DNA of 47,697 bases from Candidatus Nanopelagicales bacterium (GCA_023263845.1 JALQUH010000013.1:1-47697), one strand, 5' to 3'; shown: positions 18,361-27,814, counted from the stretch's first letter. A program made the numbers and translations. Notes: generated from the letters alone by a model not told the origin.

Positions 18361-19626
18361 CTAGTCGCTTGCAGGGGCACCGAGGGCGCCCGGAGAATCG
18401 ATATCGCGCAGACTCTTGACGCGCAGCACGGCGAGCGCGGTGAGGACCAGAAGTGCACTGATGGAGATCATGATCGTCATGACGCCGAAGCGCTCCGCGA
18501 GCACGCCGGAGAGGAACATCGCCGCAGGGGGAGCCACATAGAACGCCGATGTTTGGACACCGTACACACGGCCCTGAGCGTCGGGCGTGATGCGTATCTG
18601 CACGATGGTGTTAAGCAGCGGCTGCATCGGCCCCCACGTGAGCCCGCATAGGAACGCGAACATCACAAAGATCGGCAGCGGCGGCAGGAAGGCGATCGGG
18701 ATAAAGGTGAGCGAGGTACCGATGAGCGCCGCGTAGACGATCCGTCGTTGTGTCATCCGACCGCTCAGCCAGCCGTACGAGAACGATCCGACGACGCTGC
18801 CCGCGGCCAGTGCAGCCAGGACGACGCCGAGACTCGTCGGGGATTTCAACTCCGTGAAGTATGCTGGGAGCAGCACTGCCTCCGTGGGGAGGTAGATCGC
18901 GGCCAGCACCATGACGGCGATCGTGATGGCGCGCAGGGTGTGATCGCGCCAGATAAGGCGCGCGCCCAGAATCGCGTTCTGCCATGCGGACAGGGGCGCG
19001 ATGCCAGCCTCTTCGCGCTCGGCCTTCGCGATCTGTCCAGCGTCGCTCACGCGCAGCAGGCCAATGAGGATGGCGGCAGTGACGAAGAGCGTGAAAGGTG
19101 CCCAGAACGCGGCGGTGTCACCAAAGATGGCGACCAGCAGAGAGCCCACCGCCGGGCCTGCAATCCAGCCCACCCCGAACAATCCTTCATGCAGTCCGTT
19201 CAGCTGCGACACGGACATACCGCTGGCTTTGGCGACGTCGGGGATGAGTGCCTTGCGCGCCGTGTAGCCGGCTGGGTCGAAGAAGGCGCCGAGCATGGCA
19301 AGGCCAAGGATGATCGCGACATTGAGGTCGGTGACGAGTGCGACGAGTGGAATCGCGGCTACGGAGATCGCGGACAGGATGTCCGAGATGATGCTGACGA
19401 TACGCCGACCAAAGTGATCGACGGCCCATCCGGCGAGGGGACTCGACACGACTCCTGGCAGTGATGACAGCGCAGCGACGAGCCCGGCCGCGGTCAGCGA
19501 ACCGGTTCGCTGCAGGACCAGCCAGGGGATGGCCAGGACGACCACGCCATTGGACATGCCGGACAGGAGGTTGGTGGACTCCAGCAGCACGATCGGCATC
19601 CAGCGGATGGAGCCCTGCGTGGCCAC
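18361..19626 (-). CDS. MFS transporter (Tap/MefA-like efflux family)
   Basis: About 12 TM; motifs G-x3-DHFGRR, IPWLVLQRTGS and QGRV. Confidence 0.9.
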   Translation of the reverse strand: MATQGSIRWMPIVLLESTNLLSGMSNGVVVLAIPWLVLQRTGSLTAAGLVAALSSLPGVVSSPLAGWAVDHFGRRIVSIISDILSAISVAAIPLVALVTDLNVAIILGLAMLGAFFDPAGYTARKALIPDVAKASGMSVSQLNGLHEGLFGVGWIAGPAVGSLLVAIFGDTAAFWAPFTLFVTAAILIGLLRVSDAGQIAKAEREEAGIAPLSAWQNAILGARLIWRDHTLRAITIAVMVLAAIYLPTEAVLLPAYFTELKSPTSLGVVLAALAAGSVVGSFSYGWLSGRMTQRRIVYAALIGTSLTFIPIAFLPPLPIFVMFAFLCGLTWGPMQPLLNTIVQIRITPDAQGRVYGVQTSAFYVAPPAAMFLSGVLAERFGVMTIMISISALLVLTALAVLRVKSLRDIDSPGALGAPASD

Positions 19627-19722
19627 GGCCAGCCGCCTTCCTTGGGGGTCGGCTCATGCTACGTCGTGCCCTGGTCCTTGCCATCGGCGGCGCGCGGTGG
19701 GCGAGATCGAGGCGTTGGGGGG

Positions 19723-21108
19723 CTAGATCGCGATGCGTTCACCCTGATCAGGAGTGACGGCGACGAGGTCGAGTTCGGATTCGATGAGGGCGGCGAGCGC
19801 GGCAGCGGCGTCGGCCTCGCCGTGATTGATGAACACCTGGTCCGGGGGCGGAGACATAAAGCCGAGCCACTCGATCAACTCATCGGCGTCGGCATGCACG
19901 CTGAAGGAGCCGATATCGACAACCTCGGCACGGACACGCACATAGCTGCCGTGGAACTTCATCTCTTGCACGCCCTCGAGCAGCATGCGACCCGGTGTAC
20001 CCACCGCCTGGAAACCGGCGAGGATGACCGTGCACTCCGGTCGGGGGAGCAGCGCCTTGAGATGGTGAACGACGCGGCCACCCGTGCCCATGCCCGACGC
20101 CGACACGATGATGTGCTTGCCACCTCGATCAAGCATCATCGACTGCTCGGGCGTGCTCGCAGCATGGACGTTGGGCGGCACGATGCACTCGGGACCGGAG
20201 GCGATGATCCCGGAGCGGACCTCCGGGTCGCCGTCCCCGATGGACGATCGGTACACATCCAAGGCGGCGAGCGCCATCGGACTGTCGACGTGGATGGGAA
20301 CCTGGGGAATGCGCTGCTGCCCCATGAGATCGCGCAATGCCTTGAGGATCACCTCGGTGCGGTCGACGGCGAAGGCGGGAATGACGACTATGCCACCGCG
20401 CTGGAAGGTCCGTCGGATCGCATCGGCGAGCCGCTCCAGCCCCTCCTCATCCGGCTCATGCTGGCGATCGCCGTACGTCGACTCGAGCACCACGGCATCG
20501 GCGTGAGCCGGATGCGCGGGTGCACGTAGAAGCGGATGGTTGTCGCGACCGAGATCACCGCTGAACACCACGGATCGGCCCTCATCGCTGCGCAGCGCGA
20601 GGATGGCGGCGCCGAGGATGTGGCCGGCGGGCGTAAAAGTCGCCGTGAACCCCGGAGCTGGCGCAATGGGCGTGTCAAAGTCGATGGTCTGGATGAGATC
20701 GAGTGCGTGCTCGGCGTCCTCGGAGTCGTAGAGCGCGCGGGGCTGGGCGTGCCGGGAGTAGCCCTTCTTGACGGCGTACGCCGTGTCTTCCTCCTGCAGA
20801 CGCGCACTGTCCCGCAGAACGATCGCAATGAGTTCGGCACTGTTGGGTGTGCAGTAGACCGGTCCGGCGTATCCGTCGCGGACGAGGGCCGGAAGGTAGC
20901 CACAATGGTCGAGGTGCGCGTGGGTGATGATCACCGCGTCGATCGTGGTCGGGTCGCGAGGGAAGGGGTCCCAGTTGCGCCTGCGGATCTCGCGCGGCCC
21001 CTGGAACATGCCGGTATCGACCAGGACCCGGTGATCGTCGTACTCGACGAGCGTGCGGGAACCGGTGACGGTGCCAACGCCACCGAGGAAGGTGCAGAAC
21101 GTGCCCAT
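19723..21108 (-). CDS. Metallo-beta-lactamase / beta-CASP ribonuclease family
   Basis: Motifs GGVGTVTGS, THAHLDH, GHILG, SGDLG, ESTYG, ASGM-x-x-GGR, FSVHAD and HGE. Confidence 0.93.
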   Translation of the reverse strand: MGTFCTFLGGVGTVTGSRTLVEYDDHRVLVDTGMFQGPREIRRRNWDPFPRDPTTIDAVIITHAHLDHCGYLPALVRDGYAGPVYCTPNSAELIAIVLRDSARLQEEDTAYAVKKGYSRHAQPRALYDSEDAEHALDLIQTIDFDTPIAPAPGFTATFTPAGHILGAAILALRSDEGRSVVFSGDLGRDNHPLLRAPAHPAHADAVVLESTYGDRQHEPDEEGLERLADAIRRTFQRGGIVVIPAFAVDRTEVILKALRDLMGQQRIPQVPIHVDSPMALAALDVYRSSIGDGDPEVRSGIIASGPECIVPPNVHAASTPEQSMMLDRGGKHIIVSASGMGTGGRVVHHLKALLPRPECTVILAGFQAVGTPGRMLLEGVQEMKFHGSYVRVRAEVVDIGSFSVHADADELIEWLGFMSPPPDQVFINHGEADAAAALAALIESELDLVAVTPDQGERIAI

Positions 21109-21190
21109 ACCTTCAGTGAAGGGCGCGGATCACCCGGGCGGTAGGGGCGAAGGACCGTTGTTGCCGTGAGGCCTTCCTGGGACAGTGGCC

Positions 21191-21871
21191 CTAGGCGGGA
21201 AGGGTGCCGCGGGCGACGCTGATGGCGCTGTGCGTGGGATCGCCGTCGTACGCCTCAAGCGAGATGTCGACCACGGGGTAGTCGGCCAAGGAGACCCCCG
21301 GGGGCAGCGGGAACGACGACGACGATCCGGCGCCGAGGGTGCCCACCGCGATCATGGAGGACGCATCCGGGGCCAGGAGCCACACCTCGAAGTAGCCGTC
21401 AGTCTGCGGCAGATCGCTCACGTTGACAGCGAGTCGCTCGGTGCCATCGACGACCTCGACGGTCGCGGCTCCGCTCGTCGCATAGTCCTCGAGCGGATCG
21501 AGTGCCGCGCTCGCGACCACGGTAGTAGCCGGAGTGGTGGGTCGGGTGAGAGCGACTCCGACGACCCCGCCGAGGAGTACGCCGACCGCTGCGGCCACGG
21601 CGATCCGGGGAGCCAAGCGCCGCGCTGATCGAGCCGGCAGCGCGGTGACGGTCGAGGGCTCGGCGATCTCCTCGGCAATAGCTGCCCAGATGTGCGGGGG
21701 CGGGGCGAGGAGTTCGTCGTCATGGAGCTCGCGGGCCGTGTCGGCGATGCGGCACAGGTCCTCCCAGCGATGCCGACATTCGTCACAGGTGAGCAGGTGC
21801 ACCGCGTCGTCCGGTGAGGGAGTCTCGCCGAGGGCGAGCAGGGAGATTTCCTCCGGGTCACAGTGCTTCAC
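21191..21871 (-). CDS. Anti-sigma factor (zinc-binding N-terminus, TM, RskA-like C-terminal domain)
   Basis: HLLTCDEC (H-x3-C-x2-C), PPPHIW, one TM, YFEVWL and VDISLE...HS. Confidence 0.88.
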   Translation of the reverse strand: MKHCDPEEISLLALGETPSPDDAVHLLTCDECRHRWEDLCRIADTARELHDDELLAPPPHIWAAIAEEIAEPSTVTALPARSARRLAPRIAVAAAVGVLLGGVVGVALTRPTTPATTVVASAALDPLEDYATSGAATVEVVDGTERLAVNVSDLPQTDGYFEVWLLAPDASSMIAVGTLGAGSSSSFPLPPGVSLADYPVVDISLEAYDGDPTHSAISVARGTLPA

Positions 21872-22493
21872 GGTCCACCTCCAATCGGCGTCGCATGCGG
21901 TCTAGGGAACGGCGTATATGGCTCTTGACGGTCCCGAGCGGCAGGTCGAGCCGCTCGGCGATCTCGGCGTGCGTCAACTGTTCGTAGAACGCCAGCCGCA
22001 TGATCGTGCCGGGCGGCTCCCCGAGCCGCTGCAGTTCGTCGGCGATGAGAATACGGTCAACGGCGTCGTCGACAGGAGTGATTGCGACACCGGGATCGGG
22101 TGTGTCGTCGGGAATCGGCTCGCGGGAGCGCTGTGACCAGCGGTCGGCGATGCGGCGCCGGGTGATGGTGAGCAGCCAGCCCGGCAGCGACCCCCTTGTC
22201 GGGTCGAAGGATGCTCGGGAGCGCCAGGCTGAGGCAAAGGCCGCTTGGGTGATGTCGGCGGCCTCGTCGGCGTTGCCGGTGGCCCGGCGGGCGGTGGAGT
22301 AGACCAGGGGCGACCAGCGCTCGTAGACGGCGGCAAAGGTGGGCTCGCCACCGGTGGCGAAAGACTCGGCAAGGCGCTGGTCGGCGAGATCGGGGTCGCC
22401 CGGCCGGTCGACCGGGTCGGCCATGGTCATCGTGGCCCAGCCTCCCCTCCGCAGGCGTCGTTCGGCGTCTAGGCGCACCACTGTGCTACTCAT
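21858..22493 (-). CDS. ECF sigma-70 factor (SigK-like)
   Basis: Region 2 (DITQAAF...W...FDP...WLLTI) and region 4 (THAEIAERLDLPLGTVKSHIRR). Start is 22493 (ATGA overlap) or 22430 (GGAGG RBS). Confidence 0.92.
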   Translation of the reverse strand: MSSTVVRLDAERRLRRGGWATMTMADPVDRPGDPDLADQRLAESFATGGEPTFAAVYERWSPLVYSTARRATGNADEAADITQAAFASAWRSRASFDPTRGSLPGWLLTITRRRIADRWSQRSREPIPDDTPDPGVAITPVDDAVDRILIADELQRLGEPPGTIMRLAFYEQLTHAEIAERLDLPLGTVKSHIRRSLDRMRRRLEVDREAL

Positions 22494-23263
22494 GGAGTCT
22501 GCCCCGATTCGGCCTCGATTGCTACCGGGACTGCGGTGACCACGATGTTGTCGGTGTAACTCAAGGCGGACGGGTCGAACGGGCCGCCACAGGTGATGAG
22601 GGTGAGCCGACTCGGCCCGGAGCGCGAGAAGAGTTCCCGCAGGGGGACACGGTTCTTGTCGAAGGCCTCGCGCGAGACAACCTCGTAGCGGATGGTGCTG
22701 CCATCCACGCGGTCGACGGCGATGCGATCACCCGGTGTGAGGGAACCGAGGTCGATGAACGCGCCGGCGCCCTGGTCGACTCCATCGCGGTGTCCGACGA
22801 TGACCGTCGATCCTTCACCGCTGCCGGGCTTGCTGCTGAAGCGATACCAGCCGGTACGGCCTACATCGACCGGCACCTCAACCTGGCCCTGGGTGTCGAG
22901 GCCGACGACGTCGACCGGGGTGTTCAGGTCGAGAGCGGGGATGCGCAAAGTCTCCGGGCGTGGAGTCCGGTCGGGTCGAGGGAGCTCGGTGGCGTCGCGG
23001 CGGTCGAGACTGCGATAGGGGGAGTTTGTTGTCGGATCGGCCACAATTGACGGAGCAGCGCCGGTGTCCGCCGAGCCGGAGTTGTCTTGTGATGCGTCAC
23101 CATCTTGGTCAACAGAAGTGCCCGCGATGTCCGGGGTGGCAGGGCGACTGCCGACGGAGTCCACATGCATGCCCGACCCCGCCGATGCGAGGCCCACCGT
23201 GCCGAGGCCAAGTGCGAGAGCACTGGCCGCGAGCACGAGGATCGCGGGGCGGGGTCGGGTCAT
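22490..23263 (-). CDS. Class F sortase
   Basis: N-terminal anchor; motifs GWY, PG...VIVGHRD, and catalytic LTLITCGG followed by Y-x-DN. Confidence 0.92.
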   Translation of the reverse strand: MTRPRPAILVLAASALALGLGTVGLASAGSGMHVDSVGSRPATPDIAGTSVDQDGDASQDNSGSADTGAAPSIVADPTTNSPYRSLDRRDATELPRPDRTPRPETLRIPALDLNTPVDVVGLDTQGQVEVPVDVGRTGWYRFSSKPGSGEGSTVIVGHRDGVDQGAGAFIDLGSLTPGDRIAVDRVDGSTIRYEVVSREAFDKNRVPLRELFSRSGPSRLTLITCGGPFDPSALSYTDNIVVTAVPVAIEAESGQTP

Positions 23264-23328
23264 GATGTGTCCTACCTACTCGTTCGTCAGGAACTCATCG
23301 TTCTGAGTGAACTGATCCGGATGGTGCG

Positions 23329-24150
23329 TTAGTTGCGGCTTGCGGCCAGGCGGGTGCCTCCGGCCACGACCCCGGCAGCGCCGACGGCGGCCAGCGCCAC
23401 GGCCCACAGGGGAAGTCCGGCAGTGGAGCCACCACCGGCGGGCACACCCTCGGGACCATCGGAGACACCGGAGATGACCTGGGTAGCCAGAGCGAGGTTC
23501 TCCTCGGCAGCCGAACCCCACGCGTAGGCGATGGTCACGGTGCCCTCTTCGAGCATGACGCCGGCCGGTCCAAGCACCGTGGTGTCGGTGCCCATGAGGT
23601 TCACCGAGGCCTCGTAGTCGCCCGCGGGCACCTCGGCCATGTCCTCATTGGGGTTGGTGAGATCACTGAAGAGCACGTTGCCATCAGCCAACACATCGAC
23701 GGCCGGTGCGGCAGCGATGTGACGAACAATGAGGCGAGCCCCACCGGCAGCGAGCGAGCTCACGTCGTTCACGAACACGTTGAGCGCGGGATTGCCATCG
23801 GCATCCAGATTCGCCGTGACGGTGGCGTTAATGCCACCGGGGACGGTGACACCCTCAGCGGCGAGGACCGGATCGGCGTCGTCAGGGGTCTGGCCGTCGC
23901 CGAAGACCGCGAGGTCGTAGTCACCCGCGGGGACCTCGACGGTCTGCAGGGTGCCGGGGGTGAAGTTATCGATGAGCAGTTCGCCGTTGGCGAAAACGTC
24001 GACGACATCGGCTCCGGCGCCCTCCGGGATCGCGTGGAGGACGGACACGGTGGCCATGTCGGCGGCCTGCGCGGGCAGCGCCACCAGGCCGAGGGGCAGG
24101 GCGACCGCGGCGGCAGCGATGCCGGCGCGGGTGATGGAGCGTCGGGTCAT
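23329..24150 (-). CDS. DUF4397-domain secreted protein with C-terminal sorting signal
   Basis: Signal peptide ending AQA; two repeats (V-x-HAIP...VDV and VRHIAAAPAVDV); C-terminal GVPAGG followed by a TM and a basic tail. Confidence 0.88.
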   Translation of the reverse strand: MTRRSITRAGIAAAAVALPLGLVALPAQAADMATVSVLHAIPEGAGADVVDVFANGELLIDNFTPGTLQTVEVPAGDYDLAVFGDGQTPDDADPVLAAEGVTVPGGINATVTANLDADGNPALNVFVNDVSSLAAGGARLIVRHIAAAPAVDVLADGNVLFSDLTNPNEDMAEVPAGDYEASVNLMGTDTTVLGPAGVMLEEGTVTIAYAWGSAAEENLALATQVISGVSDGPEGVPAGGGSTAGLPLWAVALAAVGAAGVVAGGTRLAASRN

Positions 24151-24201
24151 GGAGAGCACCTTCCGATTGGGCGGTCGCGGTCGACCGTCTCTGTGTGGTT
24201 C

Positions 24202-24230
24202 TTCCGTGCGAGAGACCCGTTTGGATGCGG
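24202..24230 (-). promoter_or_regulatory. Candidate SigK-type ECF promoter for the DUF4397-sortase-sigma operon
   Basis: Minus strand reads CCGCATCC-N16-CGGAA with an AT-rich tract upstream. It resembles the CCGATCC.../GAA motif reported for mycobacterial SigK. Confidence 0.5.
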
Positions 24231-24309
24231 TGAGTTAAGAAAACTTTTCAACTCGCGCCGCCGGATAACCCGGGTTAGCGTGTTGTGTTGACGCACGGAA
24301 GGACAGCAC

Positions 24310-24744
24310 ATGGCTCGGGTTGAGTTCACCGCGCGCAAGCAACTTCGTCTCCCAGCGCAGTCCGTGTACGACGCTCTGGTGAATTGGCGTGGGCACGCCG
24401 ATTGGGTCCCGATGACCCGGGTACGCATCGAAGAAGGTGACGGCGGTGTCGGAACGGTCTTCATCGCCACGACGGGGCTTGGCCCGGCTGCCCTTCCTGA
24501 CCGCATGCGGGTCGAAGCCCTGGACGCAGAGGCCATGGCGGCCGATCTCGTCAAGATTGGTCCCGTCTTGCGGGGCGACGTACGCATTGCTGTTTTGCCG
24601 CTGAGCAATACGACGTGCGAGGTGCAATGGCACGAGGACATCACGGTCCCGGTGCTGCCGAACTTCGCCGCGCCCCTGGTGGCCGCCGCGACCCAGAAGG
24701 CGTTCGAGAAGTCTCTGGATCGACTGGCCAAGCGACTTCGCTAG
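24310..24744 (+). CDS. SRPBCC/START-like family protein
   Basis: Motifs W-x-x-HADWVP-x-T, GVGTVF-x-A-x-TG, D-x-M-x-V, K-x-G and W-x-E. GAAGGA RBS. Confidence 0.8.
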   Translation: MARVEFTARKQLRLPAQSVYDALVNWRGHADWVPMTRVRIEEGDGGVGTVFIATTGLGPAALPDRMRVEALDAEAMAADLVKIGPVLRGDVRIAVLPLSNTTCEVQWHEDITVPVLPNFAAPLVAAATQKAFEKSLDRLAKRLR

Positions 24745-25121
24745 GCGAGGACCACCGGGAGCGATCGCAGGCCGTGGATCATGCGGCCTGCGTTCTGCCG
24801 CGCGGGCCCAGCCGTTCGCCAGGCGGCAACGTCGGGGAAGCGCTGCAGCAGGTGTCGCCATGCGACCTCGGCTTCCATGCGCGCGAGAGCGGCGCCCAGA
24901 CAGTGGTGCACGCCGAATCCAAAGGCCAGATGTCGCCGGGCATTGTCGCGGTGGATGTCGAAGGTGTCCGGGTCGACGAAGACTCGTGGGTCTCGGTTGG
25001 CTCCGGCCAGCATGAGCACGATGGTGCTCCCGCCCTCCAAAGTTGAGCCGTCCGGCAGCGCAATTGGCGCCAGCGCGTTGCGGAAAGTGAACTGCACCGG
25101 CGAGACGTAACGCAGAACTCC
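24741..25121 (-). pseudogene. Cytochrome P450, C-terminal fragment only
   Basis: Motifs (G)VLRYVSPVQ, ANRDPRVF-x-x-PD-x-FD and heme motif HLAFGFGVHHCLG. Everything upstream of the K-helix is absent. Confidence 0.85.
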
Positions 25122-25901
25122 TTAGACGTTCCACCAGACGGCAGCGAGGCGGCGCGGCATTCCAGCGTCGGCAGCTGCCGCTGCTGCGGCGACATCGCCG
25201 GCGCGATCAAGCGGCAGGCATAGACGAACGCAGGCAGCCTCGCCCTGCGCCTTCGGGTCTAGGGGAATGCGCTCGTAGACGTCATCGAATTCGACGAGGT
25301 GGGCGTCGTACCCCGTGTCGCGGATGACGGTGAGCGCATCGTCAGCAGTGGGGGAGTCGGGTCGATCAAGATCCCAGAACTGCTTCCACAGCGGGTTCAT
25401 CCAACTGAGGGGATGGCGCACGGGGAGCTCAAGAACGACCCGTCGGTTCGCGTGTGTGGTCAGTGCGCGCACGAAGTCGGGGAGCTCCCAGACGTTGTAG
25501 GCGACGTGATGGCAGACGACGACGTCAGCGGTCGGCGTCTCGGCTTCGACGTCGGGCCAGTCGCCAAGAATCTGTTCGCTGGCAACACCACGCTTGGCTG
25601 CTGCCTCGGCGAAGGCATCGAGCATGCCCTGCTGGTGGTCGACGCCGATGAGGAGCCCGGCCGGTGGGACCAGTGCGAGTGCGGCTCGACCTCCGCCACA
25701 ACCGACGTCGAGCACGGATCCGCCTGCGGGAAGGGCCTCACGCGCGGCGCGGTGCGATTGCGAGTCCGGGATGGGTCCGTCGGGAGCGATGAACTGGGCT
25801 ACCGGGTGAATCCACGGGTTTTGCGGTGCCTGCTCGAGGATCTCGTCGGGGATAGCCCAGGAGGCCAGGTCATCGCGCCACTTCTGCGCTGCCGTCGTCA
25901 T
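25122..25901 (-). CDS. Class I SAM-dependent methyltransferase
   Basis: Motif I VLDVGCGGG, GVD and ADVVVCHHV. TAGGAT is 6 nt before the ATG. Confidence 0.9.
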   Translation of the reverse strand: MTTAAQKWRDDLASWAIPDEILEQAPQNPWIHPVAQFIAPDGPIPDSQSHRAAREALPAGGSVLDVGCGGGRAALALVPPAGLLIGVDHQQGMLDAFAEAAAKRGVASEQILGDWPDVEAETPTADVVVCHHVAYNVWELPDFVRALTTHANRRVVLELPVRHPLSWMNPLWKQFWDLDRPDSPTADDALTVIRDTGYDAHLVEFDDVYERIPLDPKAQGEAACVRLCLPLDRAGDVAAAAAAADAGMPRRLAAVWWNV

Positions 25902-25930
25902 GTGTGAATCCTATGCGTCAGGATGGGTGT

Positions 25931-26725
25931 GTGGACCCCTCGGAACTTGGTGCGCAGATCATCGCCGCCCGTACGGCCGGTGAGTTGCTTGATGCGCCAC
26001 TCGATCACGGCTTCGATTCCGGCGCGGCGTACGACGTCCAGCAGATGATCACCGACTGGCGCTTGTCGCGCGGTTTGACGATCGCCGGCTGGAAGCTCGG
26101 CTACACCTCGGCAGCCATGCGCGAGCAGATGGGTATTGCTGAACCCAACTATGGGCCGCTGCTGTCGGACATGATCCTGCCGTCGGGAGTGACGGTGCCA
26201 TCGATAGGCGAGTCGGTGATCGATGAGCGTGGCCGCTTCGGTGTCGTGCATCCGCGTGTGGAACCGGAGATCGCGGCGGTGCTCGCGCGCGATGTCACGG
26301 ACCCGCATGACATCGATAGCGCTGTTGGCGAGTGGCGGTTGGCGATAGAGGTCGTCGACTCGGTGTGGCGCGACTACCGATTCGATTGGGCCCTGAATAC
26401 GGCGGACGGTTCGTCGGCGGCGTACGCCGTGATCGGCGATGCGGTGGCCGATCTGGGCGACCTGGAGGTGGAGATCGAGGTGGCGTCTGCCTCAGGGGAG
26501 GCCGAGGTGCGCCACGGTCGGGCGGATGCTGCGATGGGCGATCCCCGTCATGCCCTGCACTGGCTCGCGGAGCAACTGACGTCCGCTCGCGAAGTGGGGG
26601 AACCGGTGTTGCGGGCTGGTGATGTCGTCATCACGGGGGGATTGACCCAGGCGTTGCCGCTACCGATCGGGGGAGTGGCCACCGCTCGTGCGGGTGCGGC
26701 GTCGGTCACAGTGGCGCGGGCATGA
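25931..26725 (+). CDS. 2-keto-4-pentenoate hydratase / FAH superfamily protein
   Basis: Motifs AYDVQ, GWKLGYTS, PRVEPEIA, EVVDS and GDVVITG. Confidence 0.88.
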   Translation: MDPSELGAQIIAARTAGELLDAPLDHGFDSGAAYDVQQMITDWRLSRGLTIAGWKLGYTSAAMREQMGIAEPNYGPLLSDMILPSGVTVPSIGESVIDERGRFGVVHPRVEPEIAAVLARDVTDPHDIDSAVGEWRLAIEVVDSVWRDYRFDWALNTADGSSAAYAVIGDAVADLGDLEVEIEVASASGEAEVRHGRADAAMGDPRHALHWLAEQLTSAREVGEPVLRAGDVVITGGLTQALPLPIGGVATARAGAASVTVARA

Positions 26726-26728
26726 CCA

Positions 26729-27190
26729 TCACGACAGATGCTTCCACGCGTCGTCGATGAGCCATAGGTTCTGCCGACCTTCAACGGTCGGTGGCAGCAC
26801 CTGCTTAAGGAGTGCGCAGACCTTCTCGGCATCGTTGCGTGAGATCAGCGTCAACTGGGCAGTGCACTGCGGCGTACTGATGACCAGGTCGACGCGCGGC
26901 ATCCCGCGGCCGGCACCCTTCGGGGTGACGGCAAGTACCTGGATGCGTGTGACATCTGTCCAGGCCAGGCGCTGATTGCCGGCGAGGGAGAGGCCACGCT
27001 CATTGAGCTGCCAGGGGCGCAGTGCGCGCGCATAGGCAAGGAGGCCAGCCACAACAAGAATTCCTCCGAGGATGATGGCCGGAAGTGAGCCGCGGAATCC
27101 GCGCAGCGCGATGATGACGCCCACCGCCACCGTGGCGGCGGTCAAGAAAGTGGCCATGCGACTGTTGCGTCGCAGGCGTACCTCGCGCAC
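26729..27190 (-). CDS. Hypothetical membrane protein (2 TM plus PH-like soluble part)
   Basis: Fills the gap directly behind the gpx gene; two hydrophobic helices then L-x-W-x-x-V. Start uncertain (GTG 27190). Confidence 0.55.
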   Translation of the reverse strand: MREVRLRRNSRMATFLTAATVAVGVIIALRGFRGSLPAIILGGILVVAGLLAYARALRPWQLNERGLSLAGNQRLAWTDVTRIQVLAVTPKGAGRGMPRVDLVISTPQCTAQLTLISRNDAEKVCALLKQVLPPTVEGRQNLWLIDDAWKHLS

Positions 27191-27194
27191 GTGA

Positions 27195-27689
27195 TCAGGA
27201 GTCAAGGAGCGCGGTGATGTCGCCGGCAATCTCCGACGGCTTGGTCGTTGGGGCGTAGCGCTTCACCGTGGTGCCATCGGGGGCGACGAGGAACTTGGTG
27301 AAGTTCCACTTGATGGCCGAACCGAGCTTGCCGCCCGCGCGATTCTTCACGTAGTCGAAGACCGGGTGTGTGTTGCTGCCGTTGACGTCGATCTTTGTCG
27401 ACAGCGGGAAGGTGATGCCGTAGTTGACACGGCAGAACTCCTCGATCTCGCCGTCGTTGCCCGGCTCCTGGTGGCCGAACTGATCGCACGGGAAACCGAG
27501 GACGACCAGACCGAGGGGGCCGAGTTCCTCATGCAGTTTCTGCAGGTCGTCGTACTGGGGGGTGAAGCCGCACTTGCTCGCCGTGTTGACCACGAGTACG
27601 GGCTTGCCGGTGAAGTCGGCCATCGGCACCTCGGCGCCGTGGTTGTCGGTGAAGGTCAGGTCATAGAGGGAGTCAGCCACGGACGTCAT
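27195..27689 (-). CDS. Glutathione peroxidase family (Cys type)
   Basis: Motifs VNTASKCGFTPQY, GFPCDQF-x-x-QEPG and KWNFTKF. Confidence 0.95.
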   Translation of the reverse strand: MTSVADSLYDLTFTDNHGAEVPMADFTGKPVLVVNTASKCGFTPQYDDLQKLHEELGPLGLVVLGFPCDQFGHQEPGNDGEIEEFCRVNYGITFPLSTKIDVNGSNTHPVFDYVKNRAGGKLGSAIKWNFTKFLVAPDGTTVKRYAPTTKPSEIAGDITALLDS

Positions 27690-27717
27690 TGTTCCCCGTG
27701 GCCAGGGCAGGCGCCTC

Positions 27718-27747
27718 TTGACGACTGTCGGACCCTGGGTCTACTGT
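27718..27747 (+). promoter_or_regulatory. Housekeeping-sigma promoter of the DnaE2 operon
   Basis: TTGACG (27718-27723), 18 nt spacer, TACTGT (27742-27747). Confidence 0.75.
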
Positions 27748-27763
27748 TCGAACAAGTGTTCGA
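27748..27763. promoter_or_regulatory. LexA (SOS) box
   Basis: TCGAAC-AAGT-GTTCGA is a perfect match to the actinobacterial consensus TCGAAC-N4-GTTCGA. It sits immediately after the -10 and covers the expected start site. Confidence 0.92.
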
Positions 27764-27814
27764 ATACCTGCTTCACGCGATCCACCGTGAGGAGCCCACC
27801 GCGAGGAGGTGACC

